Below are positions 49,905 to 59,596 of a DNA stretch of 64,000 nt, in pieces. The stretch comes from Desulfobacterales bacterium. Lineage in GTDB: Bacteria; Desulfobacterota; Desulfobacteria; Desulfobacterales; UBA2174. Location: contig CAXXWC010000021.1 of the NCBI GenBank assembly GCA_963668645.2, positions 160,001 through 224,000 on the forward strand, in the 5' to 3' direction. The notes under the pieces are model-generated. The model was not told the DNA's origin and did no database searches. It saw only the letters and a program-made list of their open reading frames with translations. Each line of letters starts with the position of its first letter. The first letter of the stretch is position 1. A program made the position numbers and the translations under genes.

Positions 49905-50996
49905 TCAGTAGATCGCCTGGCGGCTTTCGGCGTCAAAGATGTGCAGCCGGTTGAGGTTCATGCCCATGGGCAGACGCGTGCCGGATCGAACGATGCGGCT
50001 GCCCTCGCTGCGGGCGATGAACTTGACTCCGCTAAAATCAATGTGCAGGTGGGTTTCCCCGCCCAGCGGTTCAACCACCTCCACCACTCCATCGGCGATC
50101 CAGTCCTTGGGCAGATTGCCGTTGGCCGGACTCATATCCTCGGTACGCAAGCCGGCGACCACCGGCTGTCCGGCCCGAACGTCGGTTCCCTGGCGGGGCG
50201 GAATCGGCAAGCGGAATTGTGCGTTGAATTCAAGCCACAGACCGCTGTCGCCGCCTTTGACGGTCGCCGGCACCAGGTTCATGGGCGGACTGCCGATGAA
50301 ACCGGCTACGAAGGTATTGTTAGGCCTTTCGAATACCTCCAGCGGGGTGCCGACCTGCTCTATGCGCCCGTCCCGCAGCACCACGATACGGTCGGCAAGG
50401 GTCATGGCCTCGATCTGGTCGTGGGTCACGTAAATGATGGTGGTGTTGACTTTCTGGTGCAGGCGCTTGATCTCGGTACGCATCTGGGTGCGCAGTTTGG
50501 CGTCGAGATTGGACAACGGCTCGTCGAAAAGAAAGACCGAGGGGTTGCGCACAATGGCCCGGCCCATGGCCACGCGCTGGCGCTGGCCGCCGGAAAGTTC
50601 GTGGGGCTTGCGCTTCAAAAGATCCTCCAGACCGAGGATGCGCGCCGCCTCGCCGACCCGCCGTTCGATCTCGGCGGGTGGGGTACGCCGCAGGCTCAGT
50701 CCGAAAGACATGTTCTTGTAAACGTTCATGTGTGGATAGAGGGCATAGTTTTGAAAAACCATGGCGCATCCTCTATCTTTGGGTGCCAGGTCGTTGACCA
50801 CCCGGTCGTCGATGCGCACCGTCCCCTGGCTGATCTCTTCCAGTCCGGCGACCATGCGCAACAGGGTCGATTTACCGCAGCCTGAAGGGCCGACCAGCAC
50901 GACGAATTCCCGGTCCTGGATGTCCAGGCTGACCCCGTGGATCACTTCGCTTTTACCAAAACGCTTGAAGACCTTTTCGAATATCACATTGGCCAT
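49905..50996 (-). CDS. ugpC: sn-glycerol-3-phosphate ABC transporter ATPase
   Basis: GPSGCGKST, LSGGQRQRVAMGRA, FIGSPPMN; divergent from ugpBAE. Confidence 0.9.
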   Translation of the reverse strand: MANVIFEKVFKRFGKSEVIHGVSLDIQDREFVVLVGPSGCGKSTLLRMVAGLEEISQGTVRIDDRVVNDLAPKDRGCAMVFQNYALYPHMNVYKNMSFGLSLRRTPPAEIERRVGEAARILGLEDLLKRKPHELSGGQRQRVAMGRAIVRNPSVFLFDEPLSNLDAKLRTQMRTEIKRLHQKVNTTIIYVTHDQIEAMTLADRIVVLRDGRIEQVGTPLEVFERPNNTFVAGFIGSPPMNLVPATVKGGDSGLWLEFNAQFRLPIPPRQGTDVRAGQPVVAGLRTEDMSPANGNLPKDWIADGVVEVVEPLGGETHLHIDFSGVKFIARSEGSRIVRSGTRLPMGMNLNRLHIFDAESRQAIY

Positions 50997-51429
50997 CGGC
51001 AGCTCCTTGGGGAATAAAACGCATCCTTGTCGGTTGCTTCTGCCTTACTGCAATCGACCGGCCCTTTCAAGGCCGAAAAGGAATCCCGGCGTCATCCGGC
51101 GGATAAGATTGCCGGGCTTGTCCCGTTTTTCGTTTCCACCCATTATTTTTCAAAATCGAACCGGCAGCTCATCCCAACTTAACATTTTGGATATAGATGG
51201 AATCCGTTTCCAGGAGACCTGGATTCGGTTGCCGCTCCCCCCCTGCGGTCCAGGGATCGGCTTTTCTTAAATGAATCTACCCCTTGACGCGGCCCTGAGA
51301 ACCCATTACGAGAATGTTGTGGATGCCCTGACCGAAATCCTGTTGTCGTCTACCCTGTTCCAAGGAGAAAAACCTCCAATTTCAACCCTCAAACGGCTAA
51401 AAAATCGATTAATCCAAGGAGGTGTGAAG

Positions 51430-52755
51430 ATGAGGATGCGCAGAGTCTATCTGGTCGGAGTGGCCTTGTTAGCTGCCATTTTCCTTACGGGTCAGGCATG
51501 GGCCAAGCCCATCGAAATCCAGTGGTGGCACGCCATGCGCAGCGCCCGCGGCGAAGTGGTCAAGAGCATGGTGGAAAAATTCAACCAATCCCAGGACAAG
51601 TACAAGGTCATCGAGGTCAACAAAGGCAACTACGACGAAACGGTCAACGCCGGAATCGCCGCCATCAGGGCCAAAAAACACCCGCACATCCTGCAGTCTT
51701 TCGAGGTCGGCACCCAGACCATGATGCTCTCGGGGGCCATCTACCCGGTCTACCAGTTGATGAAAGATTTCGGCTACAAGGTTGACTGGAGCGACTACCT
51801 GCAGCCGGTGCTCTCTTACTACATGGACGCCGACGGCAACCTGATGTCCATGCCCTTCAACTCCTCGACGCCGATCATCTACTACAACGTGGAGCTGTTC
51901 GAGAAGGCCGGCCTGCCGCCGCTGCCCAGGGACAAGCCGGTCACCTGGGACGAGATGGGCGAGATGCTCGCCAAGATCGTCGCCAGCGGGGTCCCGGGTG
52001 GCATGGTCGCCGCCTGGCAGTCCTGGACCCAGATCGAGAACTACAGCGCCATGCACAACATCCCCTTCGCTTCACGCGCCAACGGCTACAAGGGGCTCGA
52101 CTGCGAGCTGCTGATCAACAACGACAAGGTGATCAGCCACATCACGCGCCTTAAAAAATGGCTCGGCGACAAGCGCTTCATGTACGGCGGCCAGAAGTAC
52201 CAGGGCCCCAAGGCCGAGTTCCTGGCCCAGAACGCGGCCGTCTACTTCGACTCGATCAGCGGCATCGCCAAGATCCAGAAGGCCGCCACCTTCAAGTGGG
52301 ACGCGGCTCCGATGCCGGTGGAAGCCTGGATGACCAACCCCCAGAACAGCATCATCGGCGGCGCCTCCAACTGGGTGCTCAAGGGGCACAAGAAAGAGGA
52401 ATACGCAGGTGTGGCGGCCTTCCTCGAATTTCTGGCCACCCCGGAGATGCAGGAATTCTGGCACATGCAGACCGGCTACTTCCCCATCACCAAAAGTGCC
52501 TATCGCAGCCTCAAGGCCAAGGGCTACTATGATAAGTACCCCTACCAGGAAGTCGGCATCAAGCAGATGACCCGCCGCGATCCGACCGAAATCTCCCGCG
52601 GCCTGCGCCTGGGCTACTTCATCCAGATCCGCAACATCATCAACGAGGAGCTGGAACTGGTCTGGAACGGCACCAAGACCCCCAAAGAGGCCATGGACAG
52701 CGCCGTCAAACGAGGCAACGAGCAGCTGCGCCAGTTCGAAAAGATCTACAAGTAA
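51430..52755 (+). CDS. ugpB: sn-glycerol-3-phosphate-binding periplasmic protein
   Basis: IQWWHAM, FEVGT, MPFNSSTP, IIGGAS, GLRLG; AAGGAGG RBS. Confidence 0.92.
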   Translation: MRMRRVYLVGVALLAAIFLTGQAWAKPIEIQWWHAMRSARGEVVKSMVEKFNQSQDKYKVIEVNKGNYDETVNAGIAAIRAKKHPHILQSFEVGTQTMMLSGAIYPVYQLMKDFGYKVDWSDYLQPVLSYYMDADGNLMSMPFNSSTPIIYYNVELFEKAGLPPLPRDKPVTWDEMGEMLAKIVASGVPGGMVAAWQSWTQIENYSAMHNIPFASRANGYKGLDCELLINNDKVISHITRLKKWLGDKRFMYGGQKYQGPKAEFLAQNAAVYFDSISGIAKIQKAATFKWDAAPMPVEAWMTNPQNSIIGGASNWVLKGHKKEEYAGVAAFLEFLATPEMQEFWHMQTGYFPITKSAYRSLKAKGYYDKYPYQEVGIKQMTRRDPTEISRGLRLGYFIQIRNIINEELELVWNGTKTPKEAMDSAVKRGNEQLRQFEKIYK

Positions 52756-52775
52756 CTATTTTGCCAACAGCATCA

Positions 52776-52810
52776 CAGAGGGCGCGACCGCGGTGCGGCC
52801 GTGCCCTCTG
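52776..52810 (+). other. intergenic hairpin after ugpB (mRNA-stabilising or attenuating)
   Basis: CAGAGGGCGCG...CGTGCCCTCTG inverted repeat with no U-tract. Confidence 0.55.
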
Positions 52811-52826
52811 CCCGTGACGGCCGGCC

Positions 52827-53717
52827 ATGTACAAACGATCGATCTTCTCCAACCGCGCCCTTCCCTATCTGTTGATCACCCCCCAGGTGCTGATCACGCT
52901 GACTTTTTTCTACTGGCCGGCCCTCCAGGGGCTGATCCAGTCGGTGATGCGCTCGGACCCCTTCGGGCTGCACAACAGCTTCATCTGGTTCGAAAACTTC
53001 ACCAACCTGTTCCGGGACCCGCTCTATCTCAAGTCGGTGGCCACCACCCTGTGCTTTAGCGCTGCAGTGGCGGCCGTCTCCATCAGCCTGGGGCTTTTCA
53101 TCGCCGCCATGGCCAACCGTGTCTTCCATTTCAAGGAGTTGATCCGCACCCTGCTGGTCTGGCCCTATGCCGTGGCCCCGGCCATCTCGGGGATCCTGTG
53201 GCTCTTTTTGCTCCACCCCTCTTACGGGATCGTGGCCCTGGCGATCAAACGGTGGTTCGGCACCGATTGGAACCCAGTCCTGGAGGGCAGCGACGCCCTG
53301 ATCATGGTGATCATGGCCTCGGCCTGGAAACAGATCAGCTACAACTTCGTCTTTTTCATGGCCGGGCTGCAAGCCGTGCCCCACTCGTTGATCGAGGCCG
53401 CTGCCATGGACGGCGCCGGCCCCTTCCGCCGTTTCTGGAACATCACGCTGCCGATGCTTTCACCAACCTTGTTCTTCGTCACGGTAATGAACCTCATCTA
53501 CTCGTTTTTCGAGACCTTCGGGGTGATCCACACCGTGACCCAGGGCGGCCCCGGCGGAGCCACCAACATCCTGGTCTACAAGGTCTACCAGGACGGCTTT
53601 ATCGGTTTGAACCTCGGTTCGTCCTCGGCCCAGTCTATCGTGCTGATGAGCCTGATCATCCTGATCACGCTGCTCCAATTCAAGTATGTGGAACGCAAAG
53701 TGCACTACACGGTGTAA
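52827..53717 (+). CDS. ugpA: sn-glycerol-3-phosphate ABC permease
   Basis: WKQISYNF, EAAAMDGA, SFFETFG, ERKVHY. Confidence 0.93.
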   Translation: MYKRSIFSNRALPYLLITPQVLITLTFFYWPALQGLIQSVMRSDPFGLHNSFIWFENFTNLFRDPLYLKSVATTLCFSAAVAAVSISLGLFIAAMANRVFHFKELIRTLLVWPYAVAPAISGILWLFLLHPSYGIVALAIKRWFGTDWNPVLEGSDALIMVIMASAWKQISYNFVFFMAGLQAVPHSLIEAAAMDGAGPFRRFWNITLPMLSPTLFFVTVMNLIYSFFETFGVIHTVTQGGPGGATNILVYKVYQDGFIGLNLGSSSAQSIVLMSLIILITLLQFKYVERKVHYTV

Positions 53718-53724
53718 TTGACCC

Positions 53725-54645
53725 ATGGTTGAAAAGACTCCCATCCTGGACGCATTGACCTACCTGCTATTGATAACCGGCATCGCCGTGGTCGGTTTCC
53801 CCATCGTCTACGCGATCATCGCCGCCACCCTGCCCATCGAACAGGTCTCCCAGGTGCCGATGCCGCTGACCCCGGGAGACCAGTTCTGGGTCAATATCCA
53901 GGCGGCCTGGGCAAAGGGGAACCTGGGCACCAACCTGGTCAACTCCCTGGTGATGGCCCTGGGGATCACCTTCGGCAAGATCATCGTGTCGCTCTTCGGG
54001 GCCTTTTCCATCGTCTATTTCAACTACCGGCTGCGCACGGTGGCCTTCGTTTCGGTTTTCTGCACGCTGATGCTCCCCGTAGAGGTGCGCATCATGCCGA
54101 CCTACGAAATGGCCGCCAACCTTTTCGGCCCGCTGGAGTTGCTCTGGAACGCCCTGGGCCTCGACCGGCTGGCCGCGGCCCTCACCGGCCATGCGGTCAC
54201 ACTGCACATCGAGTGGAGCCTGCTCGACAGTTACACCGGCCTGATCATGCCGCTGGTGGCCTCGGCCACCTGCACCTTTCTTTTCCGCCAGTTCTTTCTG
54301 ACCGTTCCCGAAGAGCTCTGCGAGGCGGCCAAGATGGACGGGGCCTCGGCCATGACCTTTTTCTGGCGCATCCTGCTGCCGCTGTCCAAGACCAACATCG
54401 CGGCCTTGGTGGTCATCGAGTTCGTCTACGGATGGAACCAGTACCTGTGGCCGCTTCTGATCACCACCGACCCGGACATGATGACGGCGGTAATCGGATT
54501 GCAGAACCTGATCCCCCAGGCCGACGACCTGCCGTTCTGGAACGTGGCCATGGCCGGCACCCTGATCGTGATGCTGCCGCCGGTGCTCGTGGTTCTTTTT
54601 ATGCAGCGATGGTTTGTTAAGGGATTGGTGGAACGGGAGAAATAA
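53725..54645 (+). CDS. ugpE: sn-glycerol-3-phosphate ABC permease
   Basis: TLMLPVEVRI, ASAT.TFLFRQFF, YGWNQYLWP, MQRWFVKGL. Confidence 0.93.
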   Translation: MVEKTPILDALTYLLLITGIAVVGFPIVYAIIAATLPIEQVSQVPMPLTPGDQFWVNIQAAWAKGNLGTNLVNSLVMALGITFGKIIVSLFGAFSIVYFNYRLRTVAFVSVFCTLMLPVEVRIMPTYEMAANLFGPLELLWNALGLDRLAAALTGHAVTLHIEWSLLDSYTGLIMPLVASATCTFLFRQFFLTVPEELCEAAKMDGASAMTFFWRILLPLSKTNIAALVVIEFVYGWNQYLWPLLITTDPDMMTAVIGLQNLIPQADDLPFWNVAMAGTLIVMLPPVLVVLFMQRWFVKGLVEREK

Positions 54646-54736
54646 TCGTTTTTAAAAAATTCAGTTTAACATTTTGAGCGTCGTGCCTGATCGTTTTACG
54701 CTCTAGCTGTTGCCGTTTGCGCCCCCCACAACAGCC

Positions 54737-55537
54737 CTATCCGATCCTTTCCTCCAGCAGCCGATCGACCATTTCGGCGAACCCGAAACCGCCCTCTGCC
54801 CGCGTGATCCAGGATGGCAGCGCTGCCATCCGATCAGCAAAACGGCGGACGTTGGCCACGCCGACGCCCTGGGGAAAAAAAGCGAACATGGGCGCGTCGT
54901 TGGGCGAGTCGCCGGCAAAGACCACCTGCTCGCGCATTCCATCCAGGTCGGCCGCGAACACTTCCGTAAAAAGCATCCGGGTCATGCTCAGCTTGTCATA
55001 GTCGCCGAACCAGCCATTGACGTGGATCGAGCTGAGCTTTGCACGCGCCCCGGCTTGGTTGAAGCAGGCCATGATGCGCTCGACGGCCTCATCCGGCAGG
55101 GGGGGAACATCCTCGCAACAATCGATGGCCAGGTCCGCCACGCGAAAGGCCTGGTCCGAGGCCACCGCGCAGCCGGGCACTTCGGCCAGGACCCGGTCGC
55201 GGATGGCATCCAGGCGGATCCGATCCTCGCGCCGCTGGGCCTCGGATCTCGCATAACGCCTGATTATTTTCCGTTTGGCAGGATCGTATCGGTAGTAGAA
55301 AGCCCCGTTTTCCCCCACCACCGCTTCCACCGGCCACATGCGCGCGATATGATCGCACCATCCGGCCGGCCGGCCCGTGATCGGAATGACGCTGATACCG
55401 CACCGCGAAAGCCGTTCCATGGCCTCCAGGGCGACCGCCGGCAGGCGTCCGCCGATCGTCAGCGTGTCGTCGATATCGCAAAGCACATGGGTGATGGCCA
55501 TGCGCTGCTGCCGGGGCCATTGATCGATGGGTTGCAA
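54737..55537 (-). CDS. HAD-IIB family hydrolase
   Basis: DIDDT, TGR, ENGA, GDSPND. Confidence 0.88.
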   Translation of the reverse strand: MQPIDQWPRQQRMAITHVLCDIDDTLTIGGRLPAVALEAMERLSRCGISVIPITGRPAGWCDHIARMWPVEAVVGENGAFYYRYDPAKRKIIRRYARSEAQRREDRIRLDAIRDRVLAEVPGCAVASDQAFRVADLAIDCCEDVPPLPDEAVERIMACFNQAGARAKLSSIHVNGWFGDYDKLSMTRMLFTEVFAADLDGMREQVVFAGDSPNDAPMFAFFPQGVGVANVRRFADRMAALPSWITRAEGGFGFAEMVDRLLEERIG

Positions 55538-55602
55538 GGGGTAAACCTCTTTTCAGGCTCTGATCTGTCCAAACGGCCCAACGCGGGCCTCCGCCGTATC
55601 GA

Positions 55603-56907
55603 TCATTGACCACCGGCGTCTTTTGAAAGTGAATCTGCCAGCGCGTTGACGGCTGCCCAGGCACTGACCACCGCCAGTCCCGATCCGCACTTGTCCCGGG
55701 CCCAGTCCTGGCCGGCCAAAATCACGCCGGCCGCCGCCAAACGGGGATGAATCGGCTTGCCGTGCGCACCAAGGGGCCGGAAATGCCCGTCGGTGTTCAG
55801 CCCGCAGCGATTGACCGGATGCCCCGCAGGATCAAAAAAGCGTTTGCGGTGCCACTGGCGCCGGTCATCGGGTTGAATCACCGGAATATCGAGCAGCGTT
55901 TCCCGGATCCTGCTGCGATCGGACGCCAGCCCCCCGCCCAGAAAACGGCCCGTGGCCAGCACCAGACTCCGGGCCCTCAGGACCCGTGCGGCGCCGGTGG
56001 CCGGGTCAACCCGGAGCCGGAACCCCTCGTCCGCCATTTCGATCCGACCGATCCGGCCGGGTACGGCACGGTCGACCCCGTCCAGGCGCAGCCTTTCCTG
56101 CAACGCCTCGCGCAGGCGCAGGCCCGGCACGGAAGGCGGCAGGGTCGGGATCTCGAATACAGGCCTTGCGATCCGTTCGGCCAAATCCCGCCACCACCGT
56201 CCCTGCGGTTCGCGGCCCAGGACGGCCGGCAGGCCCACCAGGTCCGCATCGCCCGCCACCCGGCAAAGATCTTCGGTCAGTTTTCGGCGCACCTCTTGGC
56301 GCACCATGGCCATGGCCATGGTCTCGGGGGCCCGGTCCGCACCGCTGCGCCCGTCTGGAAAAGGCAGGCAAACCGGTCTCAGGCCGGGCCAGGACCGGGC
56401 CGCCACGAACGCGATCTGTTGGGCGGAAAATTCGCGCAGGCCTTCGAAGCCCACCACCAGGGCTTTTTTTCCTTCGGCCCGGGCCGCGACCCCCGGCCAC
56501 ATGGTCTCGGGCACGGCATAGGTCGGTTTGAGGGTTCCGGCGGCGGTCAGCACCAGCAGATTGCGCCCGGCTTCGCTGCAATAGGTCAGGCCACAGTTTT
56601 TTAAATGACCGATCCAGGCCGCTACGGCCGCCTGGATCGTTTTTACCGAAACGCGTGCATAGGGATGTTCCGGGCACTCGCGCCGCAGGGCCTCGATCCC
56701 CTCCCAGGGATCGGCCAGAAAGCACTCTGCACCGCTTGGATGGACGCCCAGCAGATCGAAGAGCCCGCTGGCAAAATAGCTCTGGCCCGTATCGCCGCAG
56801 ATAATCGTCGACAGTCCCCGGCCTGCGGCGAAGGCGGCCGCCGCGCTGCCGGCCAGACCGGCGCCGGCCACAGCCAGATCATAGATCGGCTCCGGTCCCG
56901 AGTTCAT
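55603..56907 (-). CDS. glpB: anaerobic glycerol-3-phosphate dehydrogenase subunit B
   Basis: GAGLAG, SGLFDLLG, EIPTLPPSVPGLRL, LATGRFLGGGL; ATGA overlap with glpA. Confidence 0.9.
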   Translation of the reverse strand: MNSGPEPIYDLAVAGAGLAGSAAAAFAAGRGLSTIICGDTGQSYFASGLFDLLGVHPSGAECFLADPWEGIEALRRECPEHPYARVSVKTIQAAVAAWIGHLKNCGLTYCSEAGRNLLVLTAAGTLKPTYAVPETMWPGVAARAEGKKALVVGFEGLREFSAQQIAFVAARSWPGLRPVCLPFPDGRSGADRAPETMAMAMVRQEVRRKLTEDLCRVAGDADLVGLPAVLGREPQGRWWRDLAERIARPVFEIPTLPPSVPGLRLREALQERLRLDGVDRAVPGRIGRIEMADEGFRLRVDPATGAARVLRARSLVLATGRFLGGGLASDRSRIRETLLDIPVIQPDDRRQWHRKRFFDPAGHPVNRCGLNTDGHFRPLGAHGKPIHPRLAAAGVILAGQDWARDKCGSGLAVVSAWAAVNALADSLSKDAGGQ

Positions 56908-58493
56908 GGCATCCTCCACGGATCGGCGGCCGTGGCCCCGCGGCACTCGAGCCCGAGAAGGCCGCAGTAAAGGGCCTCGCTCAGTTCGGCCTGGGCCAAC
57001 TGGCCGCCCCACAGCACCGGCCGCTGGCCTTTCCAACGTTCTTCGAAAAACCGTTGCAGCTGGTCGATCCCCGCCGCCCCCGGCATCAGGCCGCGTTCGT
57101 AAAGATAGGCCAGCAGGCGCAGGCTGCAAAAAGCGCCCTGGCAGGCCCCCTTGCCGATGCGTGTCCGCACCGAAAGGGCATGCACATCCGGGCAAAGCCC
57201 CCTGGCCTCGAGCTGTTCCAAGACCTCGTCGACCATTCGACGCGAGACCATCTCGCATTCGCACAAGAGCTGATCGTCCGGCCGGTGCTCGTGAAGCCAG
57301 GTCCGGGAGCTGCGGCCCGGCTCTGACCAGGCTGTCTGGGGTGGATCCGGCAGGGGTTGGCGGCCGGTCTGCGACGGGGTTCGGACACCCATTCGCCGGC
57401 AGACCAGATCGGCCGTTTCCCGGGCCATGATGCGAAAGGTGGTCAACTTGCCGCTGGTGATCGTGGTCAGGTTGGCCACGCCGTCGTTGGCGTGATCGAT
57501 GAGTACGAAGCCGCGGCTGATCTGCCGGTCGTCTTGTCCGCGTTGGCCAAGTTCGACCAGCGGCCGCACCCCGGCATAGGCCCGGATAAAACGCGCCCCG
57601 GCCAGGCCGGGCACCATCAGGCTGCCCTGGGCCACGATGCGTTCGGTTTCGGCGACAGTGGGTTCGATCCGAGAAAGGTCGTCGATGGGCACCGAGGTGG
57701 TGCCCAGAATCGATACCGTCCCGCCCGGGACCAGAATATCACTGTCTGCCGGGGGCCTTAACCGGTTGATCACCATCTGGGTCATACGGCTGTGGGTGAC
57801 CACCAGGGTCCCCTTGGAATAGCGCATGGCCAGGTGCACCCCCGCTGTGGCCGCCACCTGCCCGGCCCATGCACCGGCGGCGTTGACCACCTCATCGGCA
57901 TGCACCGTGATGGTTTCGTTCCGTTTGAGATCCTGAAGGGTCACGGTCCGGATGCGCCCGCCGCTGCAAGTCATCTCGCAGACCCGATGGTGGCGCAGGA
58001 TCCGCGCCCCGAGGTGTACGGCATGGTCCAGGTGCTGGATCACCAGGCGGAAAGGGTCTACACTGGCATCCGGTACCCGGAAGGCGGCGATGGTCTGCGG
58101 TGAAAGCGCCGGTTCCAGCTCCCGGGCTTCTGCCGGTGGGATGGAGCTTACCGGGATTTCACAGCGCCGGCACAAGTCTTCGAACCGGCAGATATAATCT
58201 TCATCGTCACCGGCCACAGCCACGAAAAGCCCCCCGGTATCCTCGATGCATTGGGGCATGAGACGTTTGAGGCGCATTGATTCTTCGTAGCATTCCCTGG
58301 CGGTGTGCGGATCGTTGGACACGTAGCGGCAACCGCTGTGCAGCAGACCGTGGTTGGCTCCTGAAGCCCCGGCATTGATGTCGGCCTGTTCCACCACGAG
58401 GCTCGCCACCCCGCGAAGCGCCAGGTCGCGGGCCACGCCGGCGCCGGTGGCTCCTGCGCCGATGATCAGAACCGGTGTGTGAAATGTTTTCAT
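56904..58493 (-). CDS. glpA: anaerobic glycerol-3-phosphate dehydrogenase subunit A
   Basis: GAGATG, NHGLLHSG.RY, YAGVRPL, GKLTT, C-terminal CECE...G.CQG..C. Confidence 0.93.
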   Translation of the reverse strand: MKTFHTPVLIIGAGATGAGVARDLALRGVASLVVEQADINAGASGANHGLLHSGCRYVSNDPHTARECYEESMRLKRLMPQCIEDTGGLFVAVAGDDEDYICRFEDLCRRCEIPVSSIPPAEARELEPALSPQTIAAFRVPDASVDPFRLVIQHLDHAVHLGARILRHHRVCEMTCSGGRIRTVTLQDLKRNETITVHADEVVNAAGAWAGQVAATAGVHLAMRYSKGTLVVTHSRMTQMVINRLRPPADSDILVPGGTVSILGTTSVPIDDLSRIEPTVAETERIVAQGSLMVPGLAGARFIRAYAGVRPLVELGQRGQDDRQISRGFVLIDHANDGVANLTTITSGKLTTFRIMARETADLVCRRMGVRTPSQTGRQPLPDPPQTAWSEPGRSSRTWLHEHRPDDQLLCECEMVSRRMVDEVLEQLEARGLCPDVHALSVRTRIGKGACQGAFCSLRLLAYLYERGLMPGAAGIDQLQRFFEERWKGQRPVLWGGQLAQAELSEALYCGLLGLECRGATAADPWRMP

Positions 58494-58565
58494 ATGTCCG
58501 ATATACGCAAAATGCGCGCGGATTACAACAAATGTTTTCACTTTCGGTCAACTTGAGCCGACCAT

Positions 58566-58639
58566 TGTTCAATTTTGAACTTTCCCGAAAATTTATTTGT
58601 ACCGTTTCAGAGGGAATGTTAAGAGTTCAAATCTTGAAA
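58566..58639. promoter_or_regulatory. candidate GlpR operators
   Basis: TGTTCAATTTTGAAC (58566-58580) and TTCAA-ATC-TTGAA (58626-58638) palindromes in the glpA/glpR divergent region. Confidence 0.55.
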
Positions 58640-58772
58640 TGAACGCTGTTTGCGTTTTCGTCGGAAGCCGGCAGTCGCGCCAGAGGCCGGTGGATGGCCG
58701 GAATCGCAAAATCGATGGAAGGATATGCGGCCGTGGTCTTTATCGGACCACGGACGCCGGGAGCTTGACAGC

Positions 58773-59561
58773 ATGCCCTTAACGCTGCAAAAGCAGGAAA
58801 AGACATCCCCCCGTCAAAAGCAGATCGTCACCTTGGTCCAGGGTCAGGGGTTTGTCTCCATCGACTGGCTGGCCCGCCACCTGGACGTCACCCCCCAAAC
58901 CATCCGCCGCGACATCAAGCATCTGGCCGCCGTCGGAATGCTGCGCCGCCATCACGGGGGGGTGGATCTGCCCATGAGCGCCGAAAACCACCCCTACACC
59001 GCCCGCCAGGTGCTTTGCCTCAACGAAAAGCGACGCATCGCGGCTGTCCTGGCCCGCCAAATCCCGGACAAGGCCTCCTGTTTGATCGGAATCGGCACCA
59101 CCAACGAGGAAGTCGCCAAACAGCTGGTGGACCGCCGCGGACTTCGGGTGATCACCAACAACTTTAACGTGGCCGCCATCCTTGCCAACAACGAGACTTT
59201 CGAAGTGCTCATCGCCGGCGGCCGCATCCGCAACCGGGACCGCTGCACCACCGGGCCGGCAACGGTGGACTTCATCAATCAGTTCAAGGCCGATTTCGGG
59301 ATCCTGGGCGTCGGTGGCATCGATGCCGAAGGGACCTTGCTCGATTTCGACTACCAGGATGTGCGGGTGGCCCAGGCCGTCATCGCCAACTCGCGCAGCG
59401 TCTTTCTGGCGGCCGACCACTCCAAGTTCGGCCGCAACGCCATGGTTCGCCTGGCACCGCTGAGCGCTGTGGATGCGCTTTTCACCGACCGCCCCCCTTC
59501 CCGGCCCCTTCAGCAGTTGATGAGTGAACATCGGGTCCAACTGCACGTGGCCGGCCCCTGA
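58773..59561 (+). CDS. glpR: DeoR-family glycerol-3-phosphate regulon repressor
   Basis: VTPQTIRRD, RHHGG, IGTT, ITNN, DHSKFGR; adjacent to glpA. Confidence 0.9.
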   Translation: MPLTLQKQEKTSPRQKQIVTLVQGQGFVSIDWLARHLDVTPQTIRRDIKHLAAVGMLRRHHGGVDLPMSAENHPYTARQVLCLNEKRRIAAVLARQIPDKASCLIGIGTTNEEVAKQLVDRRGLRVITNNFNVAAILANNETFEVLIAGGRIRNRDRCTTGPATVDFINQFKADFGILGVGGIDAEGTLLDFDYQDVRVAQAVIANSRSVFLAADHSKFGRNAMVRLAPLSAVDALFTDRPPSRPLQQLMSEHRVQLHVAGP

Positions 59562-59596
59562 GGGGCCACAGCAGGCGATGCCCTCTCGGGGGAAAC

